Source: Amphiscolops sp. MND2022 (Eukaryota). Taken from it: a stretch of DNA of 64,000 nt. Where the stretch lies: NCBI GenBank assembly GCA_964187785.1, contig OZ076409.1, positions 24,554,001 to 24,618,000 on the forward strand. The letters are read 5' to 3'. Shown in pieces: positions 37,285 through 50,105 of this stretch. The notes under the pieces were generated by a model. That model made no database searches and was not told the DNA's origin. It was given only the letters and a program-made list of their open reading frames with translations. The position numbers and the translations under genes were made by a program. Each line of letters begins with the position of its first letter. Position 1 is the stretch's first letter.

Positions 37285-40200
37285 TCATGCGAATGAAACG
37301 GTTTTATGAACTCGTTGTTCCCTGCAGGTAGGACTAAACCTCTTGCCTTGAGGAGGTTTGTCAACTCCTACACACGGAAAATGAAACCATTGTATGACAC
37401 AAATAGGACCGTCGCAGCCGATCATATCGGTGTTAAAAGGTTCCCCACAAGTACAAAAGGACCCATTGTCCTCTGACAATTTTGGCACAGTTGGTTTGAT
37501 ATGTGGCTCTGATGGAAAGTAGCAAGGTTTAACTCTGGTTAAACTCACTCGGGTAGGGCCGTTCGTGCATTGTATCAACATTGTTTTATCATTGCGTTCC
37601 AGAACAGGAAAAGTACCACTATAGGGTGCCTCCAAGGGACGCCTGGTACGATCAACTCGTAGCCAAACATGACTACACTCCTGAAGGTCCCGAGGAACAT
37701 ATTGCTTGAAACCGGAATGAGGAGTCAATGAAGGTGTTGTAAATTGTAATAACTGCAAATGCGTGGCCAGTTTAGAGACGTAATCACGAGTGAATGTTTG
37801 TCGTTGTTTTTCTTTAAAAATAGTGGGAACAAAAGCATCAGATCCGGTTACCAGTTGAAAAGGGGATAGTCCCATGGCATTGGGCAGAATTTTATGACTG
37901 ATTAAAACGACCGGTAAAGCTTGAGTCCAGCGATGTGAACAATGTCGTCAATAATTTCCGACAAGAACGAAAACTGCCGGGATTGTCGAGGGGAGTGGTC
38001 GGTTGTTTTTCGGAAGGACGCAACAATGGGTTTGTGGTCGGTAAAAACGACACAGTAACGACCTTCAATAAACCGTCAAAATTTCTGTGTTGCGGCAAAA
38101 TTGCTAAAAGTTCTTTATCAAATACAGAATAATTGCGTTCTGCGACAGATAATTTTCGTGAAAATAAAGCTAGAGGTACGTTTGTCCCGTCCGTTCTGTT
38201 GTCGTGTAAAACTCCGCCAATTGCTTTGTCGGTAGCATCAGTGGTGAGAGTGAGAGTACCATCTGGAGACAAATAGTGTAACATGGTACGTTGAGAAAGT
38301 TTGTTCTTCATTAATGTCAAAGCGTCATCGTGGAAGGATTCCCAACGCAGTGGTGTGTCGATAGTCAAATTTGAAGTACGGGATGGCCGACTATCATTGA
38401 GTAACGTTTGGAGAGGTTCGACTATTTCTGCATAATGGGGAACATGTTGTCGATAAAAAGAACATTCCCATCATACTTCGCAAACTTTTGTAACTTGTGG
38501 GACGTGGCCATCGTTGAATAGCTTCGACTTTGTCCGCTTTGGGTTGTAAACCTTCAGCAGTGATCAAAAATCCGAGGAATTCGATCTCATTTTTCATCCA
38601 TTCGCATTTCTTTATAGAGCAGTGCAGTCCGTATTGCTTCAGGCGTTCCAATACCGCTTCGATGTCTTTCAAGTGAGTCGTTATATCGTCTGATGCAATT
38701 AGGACGTCGTCCACGAAGGTGAAAACCATATCTAATCCTTGGAAAACTGTATTCATAAAGCGTTAGAATGTTTGTCCTGCATTTCGAAGACCAAATGGCA
38801 TTCGTAGAAATTCAAAAAGACCAAACGGTGTTGTCAAAGCAGTTTTCTCTGTCATCGGGATGTACTGGTATCTGATGGTATGCTTTTACTGTGTCCAACT
38901 TACTAAAAACGTTTTCGCCATAAAGATTGAAATCCAATAGCTGTGGAAGGGGGTAGCAATCCCTTTTAGTGACCGAATTTATTCGTCGATAATCTCCACA
39001 AGGCCTCCAATCGTTAGGTCCTTTTTAGGTACCATATGCAATGGGGAGGCGTATTCGCTGCATGATGGACGACATATCCCTGTTGCTATCATGGAATCGA
39101 AACACTGCTTGGCGATCCTGTATTTCTCAGGGCACAAACGCCTCCGGTTGCCATACGGGCCTTTACCCGTCAGTTCAATACGATGTAGCGTTTGGTGTTG
39201 AGCTGTGCTGTTGAAATCAACATCACCGAAAACTTCGGCATTTTTGATCATTATTGATTTCAGCTCGTCGTTTCCGATATCAGGTATCACTGTCTCAACT
39301 TTGTTCACAGAGACGTGGTTGCACTTTTTAAATTGAATTGCAGTAGACAACAATGTTGTTATCCTTGAGGCGGCCATTTTTTCAATCATTTGAGAAATCG
39401 TTCGTTGACAAGAAATTAATACGAAGAATATTACACGACACGTCAGCGACGAAAAAGGTATGGCTGATGCACCGTCGTAAGGAAGGTATTTCAATTGGTA
39501 TAGTAACTTTTCCGTAAACGTTCAACGCGTCACTTTAATGGTGGATAGAACTGCGTTGGAAGGCAGAATAGTAACTGGATGGATTAAATTGGGCTTAACA
39601 ATGGACACCATTGATCCTGTTTCTATAAGGAACTTTTGCTGGCTAGAATTGATAGAGGCAGCGATCTTAATGAATAAATCACCGCCAGTGCAAGCTGCCA
39701 CTACGCTAGGGGTTCCTAGTTTGACGCTGGGTTGTTTGAGGTTGCTGGTCGTGATGAAGCATCAATCAACTGTGGTTTCTGACCCGGCCACTTACACCAG
39801 GGTTTACACCGCTTGGCATTATTTGCATAGAAGACGTGAAATCGGCAAATTTTTGGTTTTGCCCCGCGGTGAAGGGAAACATCCCTCCTTTTTGCTGTCT
39901 AGAATTGCGTTGAAAGTTTCTGTTCGGGGAGACAGAATCATATTCGGGCTTAGGATCGGGTCTTACTGCTGCTACGTGGTAATCGAACGTTGAATACTGG
40001 TATGTCGTATCCGCAAGTTTAGCGAAATCGTCCAAGGCCAAATCTTGATGTGCGGACAGGGTAACACGTGTCGTTGGAGGTAACGCTTGGAGGAATTGTG
40101 GCGTAAAAATTGGTCATCGATGGTTAAATGGCAATCTTCTAATTTGCGCTTTATGCGTAGGAAACAGACTGACGGTTTTTGGCCGTCAAGGGAAATTGAA

Positions 40201-40544
40201 CCTAAGGCCTCCTCCAATAACTCCTTTCGACTTTTTTGGTAGATTCCAATTATCTGCTCCTTTAGAGATTCGTAAGAAGTAACGTCCAGTGGGAGGTTGA
40301 TTGCGACGTCCTCCGGTAATGCGCCCATGACGTGGTGAAACTTTGGTTGGGAACTGGTGATATTTGCTAGTGCAAATTGGGGCTCGAGTTGTCTGAACCA
40401 GACTTGCGGGTTGCTTCTATAGAAAGTTGGAGGTTTGATTGTTATTCTCCCCACTTGAGCATTGTTTGTGCTATCACCGCTACCTTCGTTAGATATGTGA
40501 TTATAAGCAGTGGTAGAGTCTTCCAATTGTGTTGGATCATCCAT
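37285..40544 (-). pseudogene. Frameshifted gag-pol; integrase core deleted; C-terminal PHD finger
   Basis: Gag IKPPTFYRSNPQVWFRQLE; CRFHVFYANNAKRCKPWC (39794-39847); protease FLIETGS (D replaced by E); RT ASPLHMVPKK and FVDDVLI; RNase H TTDA, FSRKL, DKELLAI; IN tail LEAPYSGTF; several frameshifts and a stop. Confidence 0.92.
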
Positions 40545-40560
40545 CACGTCGGGGTCACCA
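40543..40560 (-). promoter_or_regulatory. Primer-binding site complementary to tRNA-Trp
   Basis: TGGTGACCCCGACGTGAT, 3 nt inside the 5' LTR; complement of the eukaryotic tRNA-Trp 3' end ATCACGTCGGGGTCACCA. Confidence 0.9.
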
Positions 40561-40563
40561 ATT

Positions 40564-40803
40564 TGTGGGCTCGAATAACAAAAAGACAACTGATTCGAAT
40601 GAAGGTTAAATTAATAATGAATAAATGATAAGAAATCAACTCTATTTATACCAAGTCCTTGTCCCAAAGGGCAGGATTACATTCTAAACGGTACTATTAA
40701 ACCTTCCCTTTTGGACGGTGACCGTTCCTTTTGGCCGTTCCTTTTGGACCGTTCCACTGCTTATGGGGAAGCATTTTTCGATATCCAGTGTGGGTAGGTT
40801 ACA
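40564..40803 (-). repeat. 5' LTR (240 bp)
   Basis: Minus strand TGTAAC...CCCACA; direct repeat of 35751-36037 plus 37231-37248. Confidence 0.93.
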
Positions 40804-42979
40804 AATCCTTTTCTTTTTTAAGGATAACGAAGTTAGATTTTATAAGCTGGCTTCCACTAACTGCCACACTAATGTAACTTCTACAGCTTCTGATTTTTTG
40901 AGAGGATTTTTGAGGTCTGACAAGCAGAAGGAGGTGGGTTCGAGTCTCGCCCTTGACCAAAAACTTTTTGTGCATGTTATTTTGGCTTTGAGATTTTTTT
41001 TCGCAAATTTTTTTAATGATCCCAAAGGGTCCCCCTTCAATTTTTTTCTATTTTCCAAAAGAATGGATGTTCAAAAAATCGTAAAGGCCCCCCTTTTCAC
41101 ATTTTTTGGCACTATGCGACTTACCGGAGACTTCAAAAAAGTTTCGGAAACTTTTTTCCTCATTCGGGTACTGTAGAAGAGAATACTTGATACTTTGAAG
41201 TCCTTTTGCTATTCTGAGCCTTAGATATGGCGCCGACGTGGGGCATTTGATATGGCGCCGTTCCCGGCTTATTTGTTTCGCCGGGTTGGTTGATTATAAT
41301 CATTGATTGTAATCTTACTATAATCAACTCTATTAAATTATTTCAATCATTATTGATTGAAATCAGCCAAAATAGGCCAGACATGGATGAGATCTTTGAT
41401 CTACGAATCCGCATTAACAGGCTTATTTGTCTTTCGTTCCGAGCACTTTTCAATCGGAATGCATTCTTATCTTTTTAGACTTTGTTCATTCTAAGACTAG
41501 AATCAATTTGATCAAAACGCAAAAATTTTTCTGCCCAAATATTTATTTCTGACCGAATTTTTTTCAAACAAGACATGTTTGGCCTAAATCGGCGCCCTGC
41601 TAAGTGTTCAGAAAGAGCAAAGTGTTTTGAATATGCCAAGGACATTAGTTTGAGAAATTTTATCCAGATCTTGTTTGCTGATGCAAATGTTTTTGAGGCT
41701 CAGGTTGTTCATGTAGCGTGATTGCCAACGTCAATTTCGAATCAATGATCTTTTTGGCTTGTTCACACAAGCGTGAAACGAAGCTGACCACATGCTTACT
41801 GACATGACTATTTTCTGTTCACAACATCGTGCAAACATGCGAGCACTCCATTTCGACAGGGGAAAAAATTTTGGTGTGCGTAAATTTTGGGGGATAGATA
41901 AATTTTCTGGCAGTAGGCCGGGGGGCATTAGCAAAGAAGATCCTTTTATCCAATCTATAGAATACCTGAAAGGATTAAGACCCCCCTCATAAGACTGGAA
42001 AAACCGCTTTTGCCCTTAGTCGTCATATCAAAAAAACCCAAATTTTGGGTAAAAAGTTCGGCAAAAATGTTTCTTAGTGCCAAAAAATCGCAAGAAGACC
42101 CTTTAAGGGTTCTTCAATATCCTTCCCCCGGCAAAGCTTTTCTTTCGAAAAATGAATGAAATATTAGAAAAATGATTTACTGGTTTGAAGCTAAACCAAA
42201 AACCTTCAATTTTAATTTTTTACCCAGGTAACAGTGTAGGATCCAGATACAATGTTAACACTATTTTTCCATGTGAAGTCACACCTTCGTGATTAGGAAA
42301 AACTCCCTGTTAGGGAAGAAATTCACTTTTAATTAGGTCACTTCCAATTTATCTGTAAATTTCATTCAAGTAAGTATTTAAACAAACGGCCCTTCAAAAT
42401 TTGCGAAACGTTTTCCGAGCCGAAAACATCTTGAAAAGTGTGGGGGTACCCTTTGGCCGAAAAGCACAATTCGAAAACAGAAAACACAATAGATCTTTCC
42501 ACAAGTACTAAGAAAATTCTGATCAGTCCCACAGGACGTAATGAAGATGCCACCCTCGAGACTCGTAAAACAGCTTTCCTTAACAGAAAACCCTGAAAAA
42601 TCGTGAGAAAAATTCGATGGTCGCATAGTGCCGAAAAACGCTAAGGAGGCTCTCTTTGCTGGCCAAACGCGTTGTTTCTCCTGAAAATTGAAAAGGGGTT
42701 TTGGTGAAAAAATGCAGAAAAGTTGTTTGTTACGGCAAAAAACAAAGGAGCACCATTTGGTCTTTGCTTCACCTTTGTTTGTATGCATTAAAAAGTTGCG
42801 TAGTGCCGAAAAACCCGAAAGAAGATTTTACGCTCGCGAAATGTTTTTTTTCAACTAAAAATTTAAACTTGGAGTCAATTTTTTAAATTTTTTTGCATCA
42901 GCTGGAATAGTTTTTAATTATTAAATTGGTTCTTTTTCCGGATAAAATAATCTTTGTTCAGGATTTTTCAAATTATCCT

Positions 42980-43300
42980 TTTTAGTCAGCGCTTTTTTTT
43001 CGAAGAGTCGACTATAGTCATGACTTAAAGGCATTTTTAGTCGGCGCATTTTAGTAGAAAATGTGCCCGACTCTTACAGTGGGTTGTTTTTTTTAGACAC
43101 GAAAGGTCCACTTTTTTGTTCATTTGTTCAACTTTTTAGCCGAGATATTTTAGTTCCGATATACCGTTTCAAAGGTATGACGTTTTGAAAGTTCGGATAT
43201 AACGTTTTCTTTTCTCGTATAGCATTATCAGTTTTTCCCCAAACTTCACAACTTGTTGAACCTTGGATATGGCGCCGACTTGGGCCGGTTCCGGTTTGTT
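42980..43300 (+). mobile_element. HINE copy with doubled head
   Basis: Heads at about 42980 and 43035; end GCGCCGACTTGGGCCGGTTCCGGTTTGTT. Confidence 0.75.
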
Positions 43301-44149
43301 TTCGATACACCTGAACTAGCCAAAATAGTTCTTAAAAGGTTTCCAATTTTGGCAATGTCTGTTTTTAATATTTCTGCTTTAGCAGGAATGTTATTGTAAC
43401 CTCAAAGTTGGTCCTTTTTTTTTCAGTCGTCAAATTTCGTCCTACTGAATAATTCAGATATTTTGTTCGGCAGTGAGTGTAAGCGTGGGAAAGCTGCCGA
43501 CAACAATTCAATTCTAGTGCGATAGAACGAGCGAGTGGTAATTATCCATTCGTATGCTGACGTCATTGAGATGAAGCGAATGAGTGTTAATTATTCGTTC
43601 GTTGAGAGCTTCGCCTGCATTCAAATGCGAATGCGAAACTTCGTCTACGCTTAGTTATATTTTCTTTAGTCCGAGAAGAATTAAAGGCGGTGTAAACTTG
43701 TACAGTGATTAATTGTGCTCTAAGTAATGATTAAACAGGAGTGTATTGGTATTCCAGATATGATTCTTTTATTAATGATTTTTTGTTTTAAAAAAATAAA
43801 GATTAAAGCAGAAATAGTACTGAGCCCCGGAGGGGCCTATTTTGGATATCTACATACTACATTTGAACTTCAAAAAAATACTAAGGAATCCCCTCCGACA
43901 GAAACACAACACATACCGGATTTAACACATACCGGATATAACGTTTCTTGTAGAATTTTTCAATGTTTTGACGTCATATACGGAGTAAGTTTCGTTTCAC
44001 TAAAGAGGAGGTGTGTGTTCGAAATATTGCCCTATATCCAAACTTGGACGTTATATCCGTCTTATCGCGTTTTACTAAGATGAAAGCGGAATTTCAAAAG
44101 TATTGCGCTGTGTCCGAATTTTCATTACGAGACGTGGATAGATTCAGCA

Positions 44150-45472
44150 TAAACCCCTCGTGGTCGTCACTGGGTTGATGGTGTACTGCCATTTTAACTA
44201 GCTCTGAAGTGATGTTTTAATCAAGTGCTATCTACTGCCGCACCGTTTTGTATGGCAATCTTTGTCCGTCACGCCCGATTGAATTCGTTCGTTGAGGTTC
44301 GGCTGTGTCCAGGCGTCTTTTGGTAATTTGTTCCTCTCCGAGCATTCTGATTTCCGTAATGATTTCTGTACTGGCTGTAGTCGTTCGCAGAGATTATAGG
44401 TTCTTCTTTGATTGCCTCCACTAGCGCCGTGGACTGGTGCGATCCGAATGTTCGTTTGCGGATAGACTTGATAACTTCATATTCCAAGCTATTGGACTGT
44501 GAAAGTACTAGTCGCCTTTCGCGGACTTTGATATTGGGCAATTCAGCAACTTATAAGCCTGCGCTGATGTTGGTAGGCTCATTCCATGTTTCGCTGCCTT
44601 GTTATGCTCTTTCGAAGGCCAGAATATAATCGGAAATTTTACCCCCGTCCGATCTGGTGCACATATCAAAGGCTTCAAAGGATTCGTAGGCCTTGTCAGC
44701 TGAGTCTTCTGACTCTTCAAGAGTTATTCATACCGTCGTCTGCATTGAGCTTTGCTACTGGGGCTTCCATCGCCACTTCTCTGTATTATCCAGACAAGGA
44801 TAATGCTACTGCTATCGTTTGTTGCTTCTTATCGAGAGTCGTTACCAACATCCGCCTCTTTGTCTCGTTTACTCATTTGTCGTAAATCGTTTCCTCCGTC
44901 ACCACTGGAAAGTTCTTGTGAACACTGCTTCCAGGCATCTTCCTCCTACCATAAAACAATTGTTGGTTCACAATAAATTTTTGAAGGCTAGCATAAGCAT
45001 TACTGAAAACATGTAAATGGTTTCTATCACATTCACTAAAGTCAGTGAAGATGGTGTACTCCTGGAAGGTGTAGTTGTCCCAACCAGCGTTATGGAAAAT
45101 AATGTAAACTAGTCAAGGCGCGTGCGTTGTTAGCGAGAAGTGGAAGTTCGTCCATAAATGCACTTCTCTGAAATTCAGTCGAACTTGTCCTAACTTCCAC
45201 TTATTTCAAGTATAGCGATCCACAATTTGCAGCGAGTAGAATCTGGTCAATGTTTGACTACCTTACGCCATGTTTATATGTATTCAAAATTCAGTGTTGA
45301 TTTTATACCAGACAACAGTCAAGTTAAGCAATGATTCATTAAATAATTAGTTGTCATTAGCAAGCAGTACCGTACATAGTACGTATAAACTGCACTGCGC
45401 ACTTGTACACGTGTATTTTATCCATGCATTAAACGTGCGAATAATATATCTTTTAGTTACTAATTAGTAACA
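44150..45472 (-). mobile_element. Decayed Ty1/Copia (GalEa-like) fragment: candidate LTR 45271-45472 and gag remnant
   Basis: Broken frames read LVTTLDKKQQTIAVALSLSG*YREVAME, AYESFEAFD, KISDYILAFE and ERRLVL...IRKRTFG, recalling aquatic Copia gag; TGTT..AACA-bounded segment followed by TGGCG on the minus strand. Confidence 0.6.
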
Positions 45473-48295
45473 TTGCCAAAATCGATTGATCTGTCACGGA
45501 GTTATTGAACTGGTTGTTTTTGGTCCCTGCCGAGAGCCAGTAAATATCTAAGTTGGATTTTCAAGACCAGCGAACTAACACATTTCTATACATTTTTCAA
45601 AAAGAAAACGTAGTATCAAATAACTGCCACCCTTATGATTGATAGATTTTACTCAAGAACGCCCTGAGCATATTTCTAAAACATTGCATTTTTGAGCCTG
45701 AAGCAGGGTGCCGACTTGAGAAGTCCCGTCTTATTTATAATAGTTTAGAATCAACTACGTCCTAAGATCACACTAATGATAAATCCAGTGTACAATCAGG
45801 AATGGGCCCATCTCATTAGGACGACCACTCAATTTGCCGTTTGGTTCAAAAATAATGCGTTATAAACGATTTTTGTTTTTTCAAGACAAGCGATCTGGCA
45901 GACTTCTATGAGCATTTTTAGTTAGTAACTTCCCTACTGCCACTTGGCCTAGTGGTTAACTATTCGACTTTTTAAACAGTTTCTCCAATCTAGCTGCCCT
46001 CGTTCGGTTTTTAACAGGAGCAACATTTCGCGAGCATAGAGGGCAATCTTAAGTTTTTTGGCACAATGCGACTTACCGAAAAATAAATCTTATTCCACAG
46101 AAATTTATTTCAATTTTGTGCTTCACTGTTTGTTTTTTAAGATTTTCTGTAATGAAAATCCTCTTTCGAGTCCTAAGGGTGACTTCATTGGTTTTTTGGT
46201 CTTGTAGAACTGATGAGACGTCCCAATAATTGTGGTAAAGAAGTACGTTTTTTTCCTCACTGTGCAACTTCGAAACTTTGGTCAAAGTGTACCTCTTTAT
46301 TTCATGAATGTTGTCTTGAAGAAGGCGTTTTGCGAGCTCGAAGCTTCATTTTCGGCGCTGTGAGTCTTTTTTCCGAAAAAAAATTTCAAAAAATTGAGCT
46401 TTTTTGTTGCTTCCGGTTGGGGAGAAAGTGGTTTTCTAGCCTTGTGTGTATCCCTTCGGGTATTCTTCGGCCCCGAGAAAGTGAGAAAATTTTAACAACA
46501 GTGGCCTTGGTATATTTAAGAAACTTGGTGTTTTGAAGCTTAAGCGGCGCGCCAACTTGTGCCGCTCCTCGCTTGTTTATTCTCTTGATTAACTCATTTA
46601 GTTGTGATATAATTTTATTGACATAAAAAACCCAAGTCTTTGCTAATCACTGACAGCTTTGGCTACCCCCTTTTATTCGGAGATATGGATTTTGCGGTCA
46701 CGCAATTGAGTTCATGTCGAAGTAGAAAATAAGATATTAACGTAATTTTTGATAAACATACCTGTCTGTATTCGTCGACTGGCTGGTTGACGAACCATAT
46801 CAGATAAATTGCTTCGTTTGATAAAGAACGTTTGATAAAGATAACGTTAATTGACATGCAAGCGCCACTGTTTTAACCTTAACACTCAGCTTGCAACTCT
46901 TTCGCTAAATTTGTGGAATTCTTTTGAGAAACCGCTCGAAATTAAAAAAATGAAAACAAAATTTGGGTCTATTTATCAGCCCAACGCCCCCTCTCCCCCC
47001 CCCACTCGGTAGGCGCTGAAAGCACGAGTAACCCGCCTTCCCATTTCACACAGTCTATTCAATTAGCAGTGAAGATTATGAATTTGCTCAAATTTCATTG
47101 ACTGAAATCAAGTTAACACTGAAATCAGACCTTCTACCAACCAATCCAATTGGATTGCTTCATAATTTTAAACTACGCAAGCAATTGCGTTGACTGGATA
47201 ATTATATAAATGGAAAACTGGATAATTATATAAATGGAATTGTATTGATGAAGTTTGAATTCATGAAAAAGTTCTAAATTTTTACCTCAAGTTTCTTGGT
47301 GAAATTTCTGTAATCCCCGAAAGTTCCGGTTTTTGTTCAATAAAGAGCGTAAAAACTTAGTCTTTGAAAGAAGGTCGTATTCATTTTGAATAGGCCAACT
47401 GGTATGATCTGGTTCGTGATCTCAGATAAATCTCAGATACTGGGTTCAATTTTCATTTGCTTTCGTATCATGAGCCTCCATTGTAACCATACAGAGTGTT
47501 AACTTTATAGGTTCTTGAAGTTGATCAAAACATTACGAATCCTATATTTTTTTAATTATATCTATAGATCGAATCAATGATAAATAATTATCCATTCAAA
47601 AAGACGAAAGGAGAGCTGATCAACTCGGCTAGCTTTTGCCCTTAACTTAAATCGTTTTCATTGAATGTGGTTCGAAAAAGAATCATCAAATACTGTCTTC
47701 TGGGAGTTTTGAATGCAAAAAGAGCACGTTCCTCATCTTCAGACATGATTTACTTCAAAAGCTTCACAAGTTTGTGACTAAAAGGTTTATTTCATCAAAA
47801 TTTAAAAAATTTGCAGGGCAGACCTTGAAAAAGAATTGTATTCTTTCAACTGAGCAGGAAGTCTTAACTGGGAGTGTTGAATACTTTTTTATTGTCATTC
47901 AAATCTTTTACCATCTTTATTTTTGAGATTAATTTGAGCTCATACTTTGGGTATACTTGCTATACATACTATCGGATACTTGCCTAACTCGGATTCGCTG
48001 ATGAAGAATTTAATTTTGTTCAAGACTGCATAAAAATGTAGCACTAAATTTGAACCACATTCCTTATCACGAAAAACTCTGTCGCTTATCAAAATTTACT
48101 GTCCTAAAGTCACGGCAACTTTGCAGGTGTTGATATAGAACTTTTCAGTACGGTTGACGGCGTCTGCGATTACATCTTTTCATTCGAATTTCCCTAACTT
48201 AAATCTTTTTAGTCTTGATGGCTTGTGTCGTCAGTCTTGATGTATCGCAATTCAAATAGTGGCTAGAAATTTCTGTATACTTGGTTTTTTAAATA

Positions 48296-48862
48296 TTTCA
48301 GTCGGAGCATTTTGTAACAAATGTGCCAGACTATTACTGTTATTAGTTTTTTTCGTCAGACTGCAAATGTATGCGCAGTGTCTACTTTTGAACAGAGTTT
48401 GTTAACTCCGCCAGTAATTAGGATGCGCGCTTGCCAAGCGGAAGGCCGTCGGTTCGGTGTCTGCCGTGAACTTAAATATCTTAGTTTGCAAATCTTGATG
48501 TATCAAAGGGTCCCTTCTTTAGGCTTTTTCTGCACTGCACGATTTTTCCCCGAGATTTTTTTCCACCAATGGGTCCCCTTCGGTTTTTCCCATGTTCAGA
48601 CTTCCAAAAGTCAAAAATTTCGAGCCTAAAGTTCCCATCTTTGAGTTTTTCGTCATTGTGCGACTTTTTTGGAACATTTTTAAAATCAATTTGGGTATTT
48701 TTGATGTTTTCCATAGAAAAGCGTTTTCAAGACGCCCGATCGCCCCTTCCGATATTTTTGCCACTCTGGAAGTTATGAAAATGTCCTAAGAGCCTGAGCA
48801 TTTCTACAAAACCGCACTTTGAGCTTGAAGTAGGGTGCCGACTTAAGACGGTTCCGTTTTGT
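48296..48862 (+). mobile_element. Diverged HINE copy
   Basis: AGTCGGAGC head; end GTGCCGACTTAAGACGGTTCCGTTTTGTT. Confidence 0.65.
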
Positions 48863-49312
48863 TGCCTGTTTATGATGAGACTTCTGTTGAAGTAGAGGCA
48901 TTATACGGCAAGTCGGGATCGAATTGACTCGGTATCCTGTTTAAGTTCATTTAATGTGCATAGAAGTTTGTATTTCAGAAAGTTTCAAGAAATGAAATTT
49001 TCAAAAGGGGGCGTTCAGGCTCATAAGACTTTTGCCGTAATTTACAAAAATACGAAGCTCACGTTTAGTATTCTAATTCATGTGAAGTTATAAGATTCAA
49101 ACAAAACGCTGCCAAAAGAAAAACAAGTTACTGTAAGAGTCGAGCGTTTTTAATACGAAGCACCGGTAATGAACGGGAAAAATTTTTGGAATTGGCGCAA
49201 TATTAGTTTTTAGGCAATATAATCGACTGTTCGCTCCTGGCGTTATTTCGTCACAGGTTATACTCAAAGCTGGGCCTACCAGATTTTGCCAAATTGAATC
49301 AGCTGTACTCAA

Positions 49313-49790
49313 TTTTTAGTCAGCGCTTTTCTTAAGAAAAGAGTCGACTATAGTCATGGCTTTTCGTCAGTGTTTTTTAAGACCACCTGAAGTGACCAAA
49401 ATAGTTCTACCAAAAGTTCTACAAAATTTTGAGAAGACGCCAAATTGTACCTGTTGGCCCAAGGAACTGAACCAAAAAGGTTTCCCGCGTAACATACAAT
49501 ACCGGACAAGACCAAAGGCCCCCCTTTAGATTTTTTTCGGCACTGTGCGACTTTTTCAAAAAAAATCCACCAAAGGGTCCCTCCTTCATTTTTTTTGGAG
49601 TTTTGCAACAGAATGGATGTTTAAAAATCCCAAAGGGTCCTCCCTTTCAGTTTTTTTCGGCATTGAGACTTTTTAAAAAAAAATTTTTCGTAAAAGGTTT
49701 CAAATTTACCAATACTTTGACATTTTGAAGTCCTTTTGCTATTTTTGAGCCTTAGATATGGCGCCGACTTGGGCCGGTCCCGGTTTGTTT
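49313..49790 (+). mobile_element. HINE copy
   Basis: TTTTTAGTCAGCGC head, core repeats, canonical 3' end. Confidence 0.82.
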
Positions 49791-49920
49791 GTTTGTGCTA
49801 AGGTATCCTGAGGTTTTCCGTATTCAAATCAGCGAAAAGTTAGGTGAAAATGATCAATTTTCCATTGAGTGGAAATTATTGAGTGATTTTTGTATTAATG
49901 ATGTAAAAATGAGTTTTTAG

Positions 49921-50105
49921 ATTGCATTCTGGAAAGACAGCAGATGCAGAAATGGGTTGCATCAATGGAAACGGGGGTGGATGGACATCTGAATTACAGC
50001 TACCACTCTAACAATACCCGCAAGACTCTGAAGGACATCTCCAACAACGAGGTGCTCTGCCAGCAAATCAGGAGAAAGACTCTCTTTTCCTCGATTGTGA
50101 AATAA
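49921..50105 (+). CDS. Candidate orphan terminal exon
   Basis: tttttag acceptor followed by about 60 open codons (CILERQQMQKWVASMETG...TLFSSIVK*) with exon-like composition; upstream exons not resolved. Confidence 0.3.

Larger units (their letters stand above)
35751..40803 (-). mobile_element. Ty3/Gypsy LTR retrotransposon, CsRn1/Kabuki-like, degenerate
   Basis: Paired TG..CA LTRs, 4-bp TSD AATC (35747-35750, 40804-40807), tRNA-Trp PBS, PPT, order gag-PR-RT-RH-IN, CHCC gag knuckle. Confidence 0.95.
35297..41272 (+). mobile_element. HINE split by nested MITE and Gypsy (pieces 35297-35350 and 40808-41272)
   Basis: Head TTTTACTCGGCGCTTTTCGAAGAAAAACGCAGGCT...GACTTTTCT continues at 40808; joined sequence parallels copies at 54805 and 58125. 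Confidence 0.8.
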
